Source of the DNA: Halarcobacter sp.
Lineage (GTDB): Bacteria; Campylobacterota; Campylobacteria; Campylobacterales; Arcobacteraceae
Reading direction: 5' to 3'
Length of the DNA stretch: 64,000 bases
Assembly (NCBI GenBank): GCA_963676565.1
Contig: OY781089.1
Coordinates: forward strand, 3,072,001 to 3,136,000
Shown: positions 40,056 to 49,477 of the stretch, in pieces
Numbering within the stretch: the stretch's first letter is position 1
Layout of the letters: each line of letters begins with the position of its first letter
Position numbers and translations under genes: made by a program
The notes under the pieces: generated by a model
The model's database searches: none
What the model was told of the DNA's origin: nothing
What the model saw: only the letters and a program-made list of their open reading frames with translations

Positions 40056-40528
40056 AATTGATAGGGATTATACCTCACAAACTTTACATAATTTTTTATA
40101 CCTTCAAATATACCACCATCAAGATTAATCACCCTTTCATAACCTTTTGACTTTAAGAGTTTAGATACTTTAATTGATTCATTACCATTTTGAGAAAGTA
40201 TTGCAAATTCACTATTTTTATCAATAATAGTATTTAAATATCTTAGAAATTGGCTTTCGTCAAACCTTCTATCTTTACGATAAAAAGTTAATAATATACT
40301 ATGTTTTAAAACAGCTGTTCTTTTCAAGTCTTGTTCATTTCTAATGTCAATGATTGGTATATCTTTGAATAAAAAATCATTAGATAATTTTGCATGTTTT
40401 ACCTTTGTAGTATCCACTTCTAATAATTTAAGAACAAACACTACTGAAACCACTATTCCTAAAAAAATTGAAATTGTTACTACTATTAACTTTTTTGCTA
40501 AACCTAAGGTTTCATTATTATTTTCCAT
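40037..40528 (-). CDS. Membrane-anchored rhodanese-like protein lacking the catalytic Cys
   Basis: IIDIR and NLDGG rhodanese motifs; active-site loop reads LSQNGNES; start placed at ATG 40528. Confidence 0.75.
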   Translation of the reverse strand: MENNNETLGLAKKLIVVTISIFLGIVVSVVFVLKLLEVDTTKVKHAKLSNDFLFKDIPIIDIRNEQDLKRTAVLKHSILLTFYRKDRRFDESQFLRYLNTIIDKNSEFAILSQNGNESIKVSKLLKSKGYERVINLDGGIFEGIKNYVKFVRYNPYQLNKPIL

Positions 40529-40545
40529 TTTAATTCCATTATTGT

Positions 40546-40579
40546 GTGCCAAGCTAAGGGAGGGAGAGAAACTTGGCAC
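40546..40579. other. GC-rich hairpin with an 18-nt purine/pyrimidine-skewed loop
   Basis: GTGCCAAG / CTTGGCAC; loop CTAAGGGAGGGAGAGAAA on the + strand. Confidence 0.6.
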
Positions 40580-40638
40580 GGTTTGTGTTTTTTTGATTTA
40601 ATTTTAAATATTTTTTTAAGAGTAAGCTTAGAGAGTTC

Positions 40639-41694
40639 CTAAGGCTTAATATAATTAGTAATGGCAAGACCAAAACCACTAATTCCAACAAGTTCCCTTG
40701 TTTTACTACTTGAAAGTAAAGATATCTCTTCAATTCCCAAATGACTTAGAATTTGAGCACCAATTCCATATTCTTTTATCTCATCCATATTTTTTGCTTG
40801 ACTATCCATAAATATCAAGACCCCACAATGTTCTTTCAAATAAGAGATACTGTTCATTAACTCTTCAAATTTTTTTGTAGAAGAAAACAATTCACAGTCA
40901 GGTACAATGTTATGAAACTTAACATTTGTACATTGTGTAATATTTCCAAAAGTATATGCAATATGATGATTTTCTAAATGGTCTTGAAAATCATATCTAA
41001 CAACTTTTTGTCCTAAAAAATCTGTTTCCAATTCATTAGTTTGTTGTATTAATGATTCTTTCATCATTCTATACTCAACAAGATCTGAAATATAAACTAT
41101 GTTTAACTCATGTTCTTCGCAAAAAATATCTAAATCTGGACGTCTTGCCATTGTTCCATCTTCTTTCATAATTTCACAAATAACTGCTGATTCTCCAACA
41201 CCTGCAAGTTTACATAAATCTACAGAACCTTCTGTATGTCCAGTTCTTACTAGAGAACCACCTTCTTTAGCTATTAATGGAAAAATATGTCCAGGTCGTA
41301 CTAATTCTTGAGGTTGAGATATAGGATTAGCTAAAATTCCAATTGTCATATCTCTTTCTGCAGCTGAGATTCCAGTCTTTGCAGCTACTGCATCAACAGA
41401 GATAGTAAAAGCTGTTTCGTATGAAGAATTATTTTGTTTAACCATAGGAACTAAATCTAATCTTGTAGCAATTTTTTTAGAGACTGCTACACAAATAAGT
41501 CCTTTGGCATGAGAAGCCATAAAATTTACTTTTTGTGGAGTAGAGAAATTTGCAGCATAAACTAAATCACCTTCATTTTCTCTATCTTCATCATCTACCA
41601 TTACAACCATTTTTCCAGCTTGAATATCTGTTATAGCTTGTTGCACTCTATTTAATACAGCTATTGTTTTTTCATTATTTATAAATGCATTCAT
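40639..41694 (-). CDS. ribB: DHBP synthase with degenerate cyclohydrolase-like domain (RibB/RibBX), copy 2
   Basis: DDEDRENEGD, RPGHIFPL, RTGHTEG; paralogue of 21718-22773. Confidence 0.92.
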   Translation of the reverse strand: MNAFINNEKTIAVLNRVQQAITDIQAGKMVVMVDDEDRENEGDLVYAANFSTPQKVNFMASHAKGLICVAVSKKIATRLDLVPMVKQNNSSYETAFTISVDAVAAKTGISAAERDMTIGILANPISQPQELVRPGHIFPLIAKEGGSLVRTGHTEGSVDLCKLAGVGESAVICEIMKEDGTMARRPDLDIFCEEHELNIVYISDLVEYRMMKESLIQQTNELETDFLGQKVVRYDFQDHLENHHIAYTFGNITQCTNVKFHNIVPDCELFSSTKKFEELMNSISYLKEHCGVLIFMDSQAKNMDEIKEYGIGAQILSHLGIEEISLLSSSKTRELVGISGFGLAITNYIKP

Positions 41695-41710
41695 AATCTT
41701 TTCCTTTTAA

Positions 41711-42274
41711 TTAAAGCATATGCCCCATTAATTTTCTTTTTGTTTCTAAATAATCTTTGTTATGTTTGTTAGAAGGCATTACTATAGGCCATCTTTTTAT
41801 AATATTTACATCTTTTATTGATTCTATTTTCTTTGGATTATTTGTAAGAAGATGAATATTCTCTATTCCATAATGTTTTAAAATAAATTCAACTATCTCA
41901 TAAGTTCTTTCATCACTTTTAAATCCTAATTGATGATTTGCTTGAATAGTATCTAGACCTTCATCTTGTAAAGCATAAGCATTCACTTTATTAAAAAGTC
42001 CTATATTTCTTCCCTCTTGTCTAAGATATATAACCATACCACCTTCATCAGCTATATTTGACAAGGCATAATCTAATTGTTCTCCACAATCACATTTCAT
42101 TGAACCTAGAGCATCACCAGTTAAACATTCACTATGAATTCTAACTAGTGGAGCGGCACCAAAAGGTTCTTTAAAAATCACTAGATGATCTTTTATTCCC
42201 TCTTGGAAAGATTGTATTTTTAATTCACCATATTTACTTGGAAGTTTTGCTACATCTGATATATTTATTCTCAT
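41711..42274 (-). CDS. ribA: GTP cyclohydrolase II, copy 2
   Basis: [26 protein letters not shown]; start placed at ATG 42274 by alignment with copy 1. Confidence 0.96.
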   Translation of the reverse strand: MRINISDVAKLPSKYGELKIQSFQEGIKDHLVIFKEPFGAAPLVRIHSECLTGDALGSMKCDCGEQLDYALSNIADEGGMVIYLRQEGRNIGLFNKVNAYALQDEGLDTIQANHQLGFKSDERTYEIVEFILKHYGIENIHLLTNNPKKIESIKDVNIIKRWPIVMPSNKHNKDYLETKRKLMGHML

Positions 42275-42293
42275 CTCTTCTTCCTTTAACACC

Positions 42294-42362
42294 TTTTAAA
42301 AGAATCTTTAGTTAAATTTTAAAAACTCTTTTAAAAAGTTGGCTTTACTTTTTTGTAAAGCC
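42294..42362 (-). repeat. Double-hairpin intra-operon element, copy B
   Basis: TTTTAAAAGA / TCTTTTAAAA next to GGCTTTAC / GTAAAGCC. Confidence 0.6.
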
Positions 42363-42372
42363 TACTTTTTTA

Positions 42373-43623
42373 TTACCATTTAGTATGAGTTAAATCACAC
42401 TGTATCATTTCACCTCTATGTGCAGGTGTACCTGGTTTTTCAGCAGATTCACACAATAAAGTTGTACCATAATCATTTCTTTTATCATGGGCATTAGTTC
42501 TTGCCCAAACTGATACAAGTGCTCTTTCTTCTGGTTTAGCTTCACATTTTCCATCTACTTCAAATGCATGAATTGTATTTTCATGAAGATATAAAAGTGA
42601 ATTCTCCATAGCATCACCTGATACCCACATATCTGGCTCATTTTTTGCTCCTGCATCAAATTGAACTCTTCTAAACTTATCATTTACTTTTACTGTTTTT
42701 AACAAAGGATTATCTTCTCTTATTGCAAAGTTTTTAAATTGTTTTACACAAGCAGGCATTCTCATATTATAATAAATCTCTGGGATAGCATGATTATGAT
42801 AAGGGTATAAAGAATCTACTACTTGAACTGTCATACCAACTTCAGCCCCTACTTTTTCTCCATTAATCTCATCAACTCTTAATAATCCCCAATGTCCTAA
42901 TATTTCAGCATATGCATATCCACCACGAATTATAAGAAAGTTCTTTTCATTTCTTTTACTCTCTTCTGCATACATTGGAAACCATCCTGCTGCTGCCCAA
43001 AGGTTTGGTAAAGAATTCGCACTTACATCATAAGGAAAAGTTTTTGGCATCTTAATCTCATCACCTGTTACCATTTTATAAAAGTTTTTTGTAAACTCTT
43101 TCCCTCTTTTTCTTACATCTTCATTTGTCACTTTTTTATCAAAAAACTCATCAAATGTCATTCTATTTGCCCATTTAGCAACTGGAGATTTTTCTGTTAA
43201 TTCTCTACCTGGATTATAGATCCAGTTTACATCACGTCTTGCAGAGAAACACTCTTTTGCTTTATCAGGATTTTCTAATATTTGGTAAATATTTTTTACC
43301 ATAGTTTTCATATCTCTTCTATCCATTACACAGATTCTTTTTTTCTGTGTTGTATCATAAACTGCTTCATCAGAATTTAGACATTCACTTACTTCACCAT
43401 TTGTTAAAGCTAAAGCATAAGCTTTTATATAAGTTAATGTTTCATCCCATAAAATATCTACATATTTTTGATCTTCTTTTGAGTACTTTACAGGTTTTGT
43501 TAAACATTTAAACTCTGCATTTTTAATATCTTTTTCATCTAAAAAACTTGGGATTTCTAATGCATTACAGCTTATAAAACTAAATAAAACTATAACTGCA
43601 CCTAACTTTTTCTTGTATGCCAT
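42373..43623 (-). CDS. dddY: Periplasmic DMSP lyase DddY-like cupin enzyme
   Basis: About 400-aa Cys-rich exported protein; cupin motif YPYHNHAIPEIYY (H-x-H-x3-E-x-Y) and second motif IHAF; lies beside flavocytochrome genes, as dddY loci are known to. Confidence 0.85.
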   Translation of the reverse strand: MAYKKKLGAVIVLFSFISCNALEIPSFLDEKDIKNAEFKCLTKPVKYSKEDQKYVDILWDETLTYIKAYALALTNGEVSECLNSDEAVYDTTQKKRICVMDRRDMKTMVKNIYQILENPDKAKECFSARRDVNWIYNPGRELTEKSPVAKWANRMTFDEFFDKKVTNEDVRKRGKEFTKNFYKMVTGDEIKMPKTFPYDVSANSLPNLWAAAGWFPMYAEESKRNEKNFLIIRGGYAYAEILGHWGLLRVDEINGEKVGAEVGMTVQVVDSLYPYHNHAIPEIYYNMRMPACVKQFKNFAIREDNPLLKTVKVNDKFRRVQFDAGAKNEPDMWVSGDAMENSLLYLHENTIHAFEVDGKCEAKPEERALVSVWARTNAHDKRNDYGTTLLCESAEKPGTPAHRGEMIQCDLTHTKW

Positions 43624-43687
43624 TTTAAGTCCTTTTATTATCTAAAACTTGATATTACAAAAACATCAAGTTTTAAATTTAATTTCT

Positions 43688-43764
43688 TCTACTTTTTAAA
43701 AGAATCCTCGCTTACACTTCAAAGATTCTATTAAAAAGTAGACCTTACTTCTTTTAGTAAGGTC
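43688..43764 (-). repeat. Double-hairpin intra-operon element, copy C
   Basis: TCTACTTTTTAAAAGAATC / GATTCTATTAAAAAGTAGA (1 mismatch) overlapping by 2 nt with GACCTTACT / AGTAAGGTC. Confidence 0.72.
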
Positions 43765-43773
43765 TTGAAATAA

Positions 43774-44448
43774 TTAACCTACTGGTTTGTGTTCTACATG
43801 TTTTTTATGTAGTTCTTGCTCGTCTTTAATAACGCCATATTTCTTATACTTTTCTTGAACTTTAAGTTTTTCTTCTTCCATTTCATAACGATAAATCTCA
43901 TGCTCAGGTTTATAATAATTTAAAACATTTTTTAAATTTTTATGTCCAGCATCGAAATGGCATGAAGCACATGAAACTTGTTTTTCTGTTCCTTTAAGTT
44001 TTGTATAATGGTTATGCATTTTTTGAGCTTGTTTTGATAAATTTACTAAATTTTTGTCAAATGCATTTCCATGACACTCTATACAACCAGAATCATAAAC
44101 ATAAGAATCTCTATGTTTAAGTTTCTCTACCCAATCTATCTCATCTGGATTTCCAAAGAAGTGAATACCAACTTCTAAAACTCCATTTTTCGCTTTTGTA
44201 AATATATAGTTAACTAAACTATCATGTGGTAAGTGACAATCTACACATTTTGCACTGGCACCTAATTTTCCAGATCCACCATGAACGTCTTGTTTATAAG
44301 CGATAACCATAGGATCCATTTCATGACATGAAACACAAAATTTTTCACCACTTGTTTTGTGAATCCCATAATAAGTTCCATAAGAGACAGAAACACCTAC
44401 TAATCCACCTAGGAATAATAATCCAATTATAAATAATACTGGTCTCAT
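43774..44448 (-). CDS. NapC/NirT-family tetraheme quinol dehydrogenase (FccC-like), copy 2
   Basis: TM; CVSCH, CVDCH, CIECH, CASCH; start at the ATGA overlap at 44448. Confidence 0.92.
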   Translation of the reverse strand: MRPVLFIIGLLFLGGLVGVSVSYGTYYGIHKTSGEKFCVSCHEMDPMVIAYKQDVHGGSGKLGASAKCVDCHLPHDSLVNYIFTKAKNGVLEVGIHFFGNPDEIDWVEKLKHRDSYVYDSGCIECHGNAFDKNLVNLSKQAQKMHNHYTKLKGTEKQVSCASCHFDAGHKNLKNVLNYYKPEHEIYRYEMEEEKLKVQEKYKKYGVIKDEQELHKKHVEHKPVG

Positions 44449-44906
44449 GGTGTTTTCCTCATCCAAACATTGTTTTTAATCTCTTTTTCATGGCATTCCG
44501 CACACATATTTATAGAAGGCTCATGTTCTCTATGGCATTCGTCACAATAAAGATTTGGTCCATCATGAACAGAGTTATGAGGATTTGCTTTATGTGTGTC
44601 CATAAAAGCTAAACGTTCAGCTAAATATACTTTTGTTTTATGACATGATAAACAAGCTTCTTCTCCTGCCGCTTCAAAATGCTCAGGATCTTTTCCTTGG
44701 TCTACATGACAAAAAACACATTCAAGAGATAGACTTTCATGTACACTCTTTAGTGGATACTTTTCTTTTTGCTCAGGTGTAACAGTTACCATACTCTCTT
44801 CATCTTGGGGGAAAGGCAAGCTTTCCCCATCATTTGCTTGTGCAAATACATAAAAAGATAAAAGTAAAATAGACATGCCACCTATTACTTTTATTATTGT
44901 TTTCAT
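44445..44906 (-). CDS. Small tetraheme cytochrome c (FccB/ArdB-like), copy 2
   Basis: Signal peptide from ATG 44906; CVFCH, CLSCH, CDECH, CAECH. Confidence 0.92.
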   Translation of the reverse strand: MKTIIKVIGGMSILLLSFYVFAQANDGESLPFPQDEESMVTVTPEQKEKYPLKSVHESLSLECVFCHVDQGKDPEHFEAAGEEACLSCHKTKVYLAERLAFMDTHKANPHNSVHDGPNLYCDECHREHEPSINMCAECHEKEIKNNVWMRKTP

Positions 44907-44908
44907 AA

Positions 44909-46447
44909 TTAGATATTTTCTCCTGCAACCATACCAAATACTAAACAATCAGGAATTGAACAACTTCCAAGTCTACTTGCTCCGTGTGTTCCACCTGTAA
45001 TCTCACCAGCTGCATAAAGACCAGGAATTGGTTTTTTAGTTGCTCCAGAGATAACTTCTGCTTTTGTATTGATTTTTAATCCACCCATTGTATGGTGAAG
45101 TTTTGGTACACCTCTAGTTCCATAGAATGGAGCTTTAATAATTTGTACACCTTCAGTTTTTTCAACTGGTTTACCAAATTCTGTATCTTTATTTGCTTTT
45201 ACATATTTATTATATGAATCAATTGTTGCTTGTAATTCAGCTGCTGGGATTTTATACTCAGCTGCTAATGCAGCAACTGTATCGAATTTTTTAACAACAC
45301 CAGATTTTAAAGCTTTTTCAGCAATTTCTGGAATAATTTTGTCAACAGCTGCTTGATCACAAATATTAATTGGATATGCATTAGTCTCTTTTGTTACTTT
45401 GAACATTGCTTGTGCTCTTGTTCTTCTATCTGCAAGCTCATTCATGTATCTTTTACCTGTTTTAGGATTTACTGAAATACCATATCTAAATGTAGCATTG
45501 ATATTGAAGTTAGATGCTGCACCAAAACCTTTTTCATCTGGACAAGCCCAAGGACCAAATTGAATCCAACTTAAATGAACAGGAACTGCACCAAGCTCAA
45601 ATGCTTTCATTAACACACCAGCAGTTGCTCCTGGTTGGTTAGTTGAATCTGTATCAGCAGGGATTCTTGGGTCTTGTTGTTCTCTTAAGAATTTATCTCT
45701 ACTAAATCCACCTGCTGCTAAAATAACACCTCTTTTAGCTTTATAGTATTTTACTTTACCAGTTGTATTTTCAGAATCATCATCGTTAGCATTATTATCA
45801 AATTTATAACCTTCTCTAACTTGAATTCCAACTACTCTTCCACTATCATCTAATACAAACTCATCAAATTTTGTTCTTTTTTTGATTGTTCCATTTGAAA
45901 GTTTTTGGAAGTGAGAAATCATTGGTAATACAATACCTGATCCACTACCATTTGAAGAAAGATATGTTCTAGGAACAGAGTGTCCACCTAAGTGAGAAAG
46001 TTTCTCATAGAATTTTGCACCAGCTCTTTCAACTAGTTTTAAAGCATCATTTCCTCTTTCACCAATTACTCTAAGTAAATCAGGGTGATTAATATATCTA
46101 CCTGCTTTCATACTGTCTTCCATATAAATGTCGATAGAATCTTTAATACCTTCTTTTTTCTGTTTAGGGTTATTAACAACAGCTAAAAGTCCACCATTAA
46201 TTACAGAGTTTCCTCCGATTCTTCCCATTTTTTCAACAATAACAACTTTTAAACCTTTTTCAGCAGCTGTAATACCAGCTGATAATGCAGCATAACCAGA
46301 ACCGATTACAACAACATCATACTCTTCGTCATACTTAACACCTTTTGAATCAACAGCCATTGCATTTGCAGCTGTACTTCCAAGTGCTATCATACCAGCA
46401 CCAACAGCACCCATTCTCATAAAATTACGTCTTGTTATATCACCCAT
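44909..46447 (-). CDS. Tat-exported flavoprotein (FccA/ArdA-like), probable acrylate reductase, copy 2
   Basis: TRRNFM Tat motif, GSGYAA, GGHSVPR, HHTMGG, HGASRLG; same operon as dddY. Confidence 0.9.
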   Translation of the reverse strand: MGDITRRNFMRMGAVGAGMIALGSTAANAMAVDSKGVKYDEEYDVVVIGSGYAALSAGITAAEKGLKVVIVEKMGRIGGNSVINGGLLAVVNNPKQKKEGIKDSIDIYMEDSMKAGRYINHPDLLRVIGERGNDALKLVERAGAKFYEKLSHLGGHSVPRTYLSSNGSGSGIVLPMISHFQKLSNGTIKKRTKFDEFVLDDSGRVVGIQVREGYKFDNNANDDDSENTTGKVKYYKAKRGVILAAGGFSRDKFLREQQDPRIPADTDSTNQPGATAGVLMKAFELGAVPVHLSWIQFGPWACPDEKGFGAASNFNINATFRYGISVNPKTGKRYMNELADRRTRAQAMFKVTKETNAYPINICDQAAVDKIIPEIAEKALKSGVVKKFDTVAALAAEYKIPAAELQATIDSYNKYVKANKDTEFGKPVEKTEGVQIIKAPFYGTRGVPKLHHTMGGLKINTKAEVISGATKKPIPGLYAAGEITGGTHGASRLGSCSIPDCLVFGMVAGENI

Positions 46448-46503
46448 AATAGGTCTCCTTCTAAAAAATTTATAAGGAATCTTAATACAAATAAGTAATC
46501 AAA

Positions 46504-46533
46504 AAATAACCTTTTAGGGTAAAAAGGTTATTT
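46504..46533 (-). terminator. Inverted repeat, likely terminator of the kinase-regulator operon
   Basis: AAATAACCTTTT / AAAAGGTTATTT. Confidence 0.55.
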
Positions 46534-46543
46534 ATTTTAAAAA

Positions 46544-46563
46544 AAATGAATAATTGTTCAGTT
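46544..46563. promoter_or_regulatory. Imperfect palindrome matching the fccA1 operator
   Basis: AAATGAATAATTGTTCAGTT versus AAATGAATAAGTATTCATTT at 28211. Confidence 0.55.
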
Positions 46564-46573
46564 TAAGCAGAAA

Positions 46574-47266
46574 TTAATGTGTACTTCTAATTTTGTATCC
46601 ACAACCAGATACATTTTCAATGATGTCATTATATGTTTTTTGACGTATTTTTTTTATTCTCATTCTAAGTGCTTCAATGCTCATACTTTTTTCTTGCCAA
46701 GCATAACTCTCTATTGTAGAATAATCAACTATTTTATCTATATTTGAGATTAATAAATGAAGAATCTCCATCTCTAATTTTGTTAACTTAACAGTCTCTT
46801 CATTTGAATTTATCAATTGCTTTGAATTTTTATCATAGGTAAAACCAAATTTTAGTTGAACTCTAAAATTATATATATCTTTTGTTGCCATAAGTAAAGA
46901 GGTTTGTAAATCTTCAATCACAATTGGTTTTCTTAAATAGTTATAAGCACCCTCATTGATGCTTTCAGAGATATTTGAGGGGGTATCGTAAGAAGTAATT
47001 ATAATAACTGGTAAATGGGGAGAAACTTCATGCATAGCATGTACCATATCTAAACCATTCATTTCTGGCAAGTTTATATCTGATATTACAATATCAGGTT
47101 TAAATTGTTCAAACATCTCAAACCCTTCTATACCATTTTTTGCTACATCTACACGTTTACAATGTAGTCCTAATGCTTGCCTTAAAGCAAAAGATGTTGC
47201 TTCATCATCTTCTACAATTAATACATGTATTTGAGAAAGTTTTTTTAATACTTTTAAATCAATCAT
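46574..47266 (-). CDS. OmpR-family response regulator
   Basis: VEDD, ISDINLP, ITS, LRKP, winged helix. Confidence 0.93.
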   Translation of the reverse strand: MIDLKVLKKLSQIHVLIVEDDEATSFALRQALGLHCKRVDVAKNGIEGFEMFEQFKPDIVISDINLPEMNGLDMVHAMHEVSPHLPVIIITSYDTPSNISESINEGAYNYLRKPIVIEDLQTSLLMATKDIYNFRVQLKFGFTYDKNSKQLINSNEETVKLTKLEMEILHLLISNIDKIVDYSTIESYAWQEKSMSIEALRMRIKKIRQKTYNDIIENVSGCGYKIRSTH

Positions 47267-49253
47267 TATTATCCTTTATTTTTTTAGGGAAAGTAAATAA
47301 AAAAGTTGTTGGATTTTCATAAGATAATATAGTCAAATCTCCATAAAGTTTATTTCTAGCAATTAATCTAGATAAATAAAGACCATTACCTGTTCCATTT
47401 TCCCCTTTTGTAGTTTTAAAAGCTTCAAATAGAGTTTCACGAATACCAACTTTAATTCCTAAACCATTATCTTCAATTCTTAAATGGTATTTATCTTCAA
47501 GCTCTTTTATTGTGATTTTAATATACTTATTCTTTTTATTTTTATCATCAAGTAAAGAGTCTCTTGAATTCAGAACTAAGGCACTTATTATTTGTTGGAA
47601 TTCATTTTTATAGCTGTGGCATTCAAATTTTATTTTTTCATGAACTACGCTAATATCAATCCCTGAATTTTTAAAATGTGGTTCAAGTATTATTTTTGTA
47701 TCTTCTATAGCTTTTATAATATCAAAAGATTCGATTTTTCTACTTGGAAGATAAAAATTTTTAAAGGTATCAATTGTATCAGAAAGATAATGGGTACTAG
47801 ATAAAACACGATTTAGGTTATCTTTAAATATCTCATCACTTAAACATTCCATCTCTTTAAATTGTAAAGTGTTACCTATAAGTAAAGATATAGAGTTTAA
47901 AGGTTGCCTCCATTGGTGAGAAATTGCACCAATCATTGCTCCTAAATCTGCCATTTTAGTTTGTTGGAATAAAATATCTTCCTGCTCTTTTTTTAACTTT
48001 TTAGCTGTTTCATTTTTAGTAACATCTTCTACAAAAAAGATAACTCCTTTATACTCTTTGTTTGCATCTAAGACAGGAATAGAAGTAAAAGATAAAAAAA
48101 CTTTTTCTTTTTTTTCAAAAAAATGAAAAGTATTAGTATATGTTTTATGATTTTCTTTTGTTGCTTTTAATTGTTTAGTAATACAATCAGTTATCCATAT
48201 AGGAACCCTTCTAAAAAGTTTTGTACACTCAAGTAAATTCCTATCTAAAAGTTTATTTTCTGAAAGACAAAGTAATTTAGAAAACTCATTATTATAATAT
48301 GTTACTTTTTCATTGTCATCTGCAATTAAACATCCTCTTATATCTGATGCGAGGAATTGTTTTATTAAGTTTTTTGATATTTTTAATTTTTCATCACTTA
48401 GTTTTTGAGTTCTATTATAAAATAAATTCAACCATAAAAATATGATCATACTTATTCCATATAAAGTAAAATTTATTTTTAATTGAAAATCAACTCTTTC
48501 GTAAACTTTTTCTTTATTTAACTCAGATATAAGATACCAATTACCATATTTAATGAATCCTTGAGAAAAAATACTATTCTTTGTAACAGTTAACCGGCCT
48601 TTTTTGTCAATTTTTTGATTAAATCTTTTAAATCGTTTCTTTTTATCTTTATGTACTAATATTTTTTTGTTTTTATCTAATAAAAAAACATTCCCATCAT
48701 AGGGTAAAGATATCTTTAAAATCTCTTTTTCTATATACTCCAAAGGAAGAATACCACAAACTACTCCGGTTTGACCTCTTTTTGCTTTTGTAGTACTACA
48801 AACTGCAACTACCAAAGTATCAATTATAGATGAAACATAGGGATTTGTAATTGTTATATCTTCATTTCTTATAGTCTCACGATACCAAGGCATTGATATA
48901 GTGTTATATGTAAGAGGCTTTATAATTGTTCTACTAGATATAATTGAATTGTCTTCATAACCAACAAACATATAGGGGAAACCTGCAACAGAGGAACCAT
49001 GTTCCAGTAAACTTCCAATACTGTATTTATCTTGTTTATGATCCATATTTGAGATAAGTGCTTCTACATTTTTTACTGCTTGTATTTTTTCTTCTGTCCA
49101 CTTTACAATTTGTTTAGAAGCATTGTTAATTGCATTTACTTGTAAATCATTAATTGCATTTTTTAGAATATAAAGATTAATAAAATAATTTGCAAGTACC
49201 AATATAAGAAAAAGCATACTAACAAATAAAATAAACAGTGTACGTTTTGACAA
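47259..49253 (-). CDS. Sensor histidine kinase with dCache and PAS domains
   Basis: TM-dCache (PWY..., IT.PY)-TM, PAS, ISHQWRQPL, EDNG.G, FKTTK, GTGNGL. Confidence 0.9.
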   Translation of the reverse strand: MSKRTLFILFVSMLFLILVLANYFINLYILKNAINDLQVNAINNASKQIVKWTEEKIQAVKNVEALISNMDHKQDKYSIGSLLEHGSSVAGFPYMFVGYEDNSIISSRTIIKPLTYNTISMPWYRETIRNEDITITNPYVSSIIDTLVVAVCSTTKAKRGQTGVVCGILPLEYIEKEILKISLPYDGNVFLLDKNKKILVHKDKKKRFKRFNQKIDKKGRLTVTKNSIFSQGFIKYGNWYLISELNKEKVYERVDFQLKINFTLYGISMIIFLWLNLFYNRTQKLSDEKLKISKNLIKQFLASDIRGCLIADDNEKVTYYNNEFSKLLCLSENKLLDRNLLECTKLFRRVPIWITDCITKQLKATKENHKTYTNTFHFFEKKEKVFLSFTSIPVLDANKEYKGVIFFVEDVTKNETAKKLKKEQEDILFQQTKMADLGAMIGAISHQWRQPLNSISLLIGNTLQFKEMECLSDEIFKDNLNRVLSSTHYLSDTIDTFKNFYLPSRKIESFDIIKAIEDTKIILEPHFKNSGIDISVVHEKIKFECHSYKNEFQQIISALVLNSRDSLLDDKNKKNKYIKITIKELEDKYHLRIEDNGLGIKVGIRETLFEAFKTTKGENGTGNGLYLSRLIARNKLYGDLTILSYENPTTFLFTFPKKIKDNND

Positions 49254-49477
49254 AATAAAGCCTTTTATTATTAGCTTTCGGAATTATAGCTTTTCATTAA
49301 TTTTATATATCTGAAAAGAAAAGTTATTTTTTAGTCATTTTAAGTTGATATAGTTAAAAAATTGAAAAAAAGTTTTCTTAAATCTTTTTCTTAATAATTA
49401 ATTATGAAAGTTTCTGTATAGTTTCATTTTAGAAACATAGTATGTTTTAATATAAGTAAGAAAGGCAAACTACAGTA

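Noticed and set aside
40573..40588. Sigma-54-like TTGGCACGGTTTGTGT on the + strand
   Set aside because: The -12 element is GT rather than GC, it points antisense into ribB, and the sequence is explained as a hairpin arm.
43649..43669. FNR box (TTGAT...ATCAA)
   Set aside because: Half-site spacing is 11 nt, not 4.
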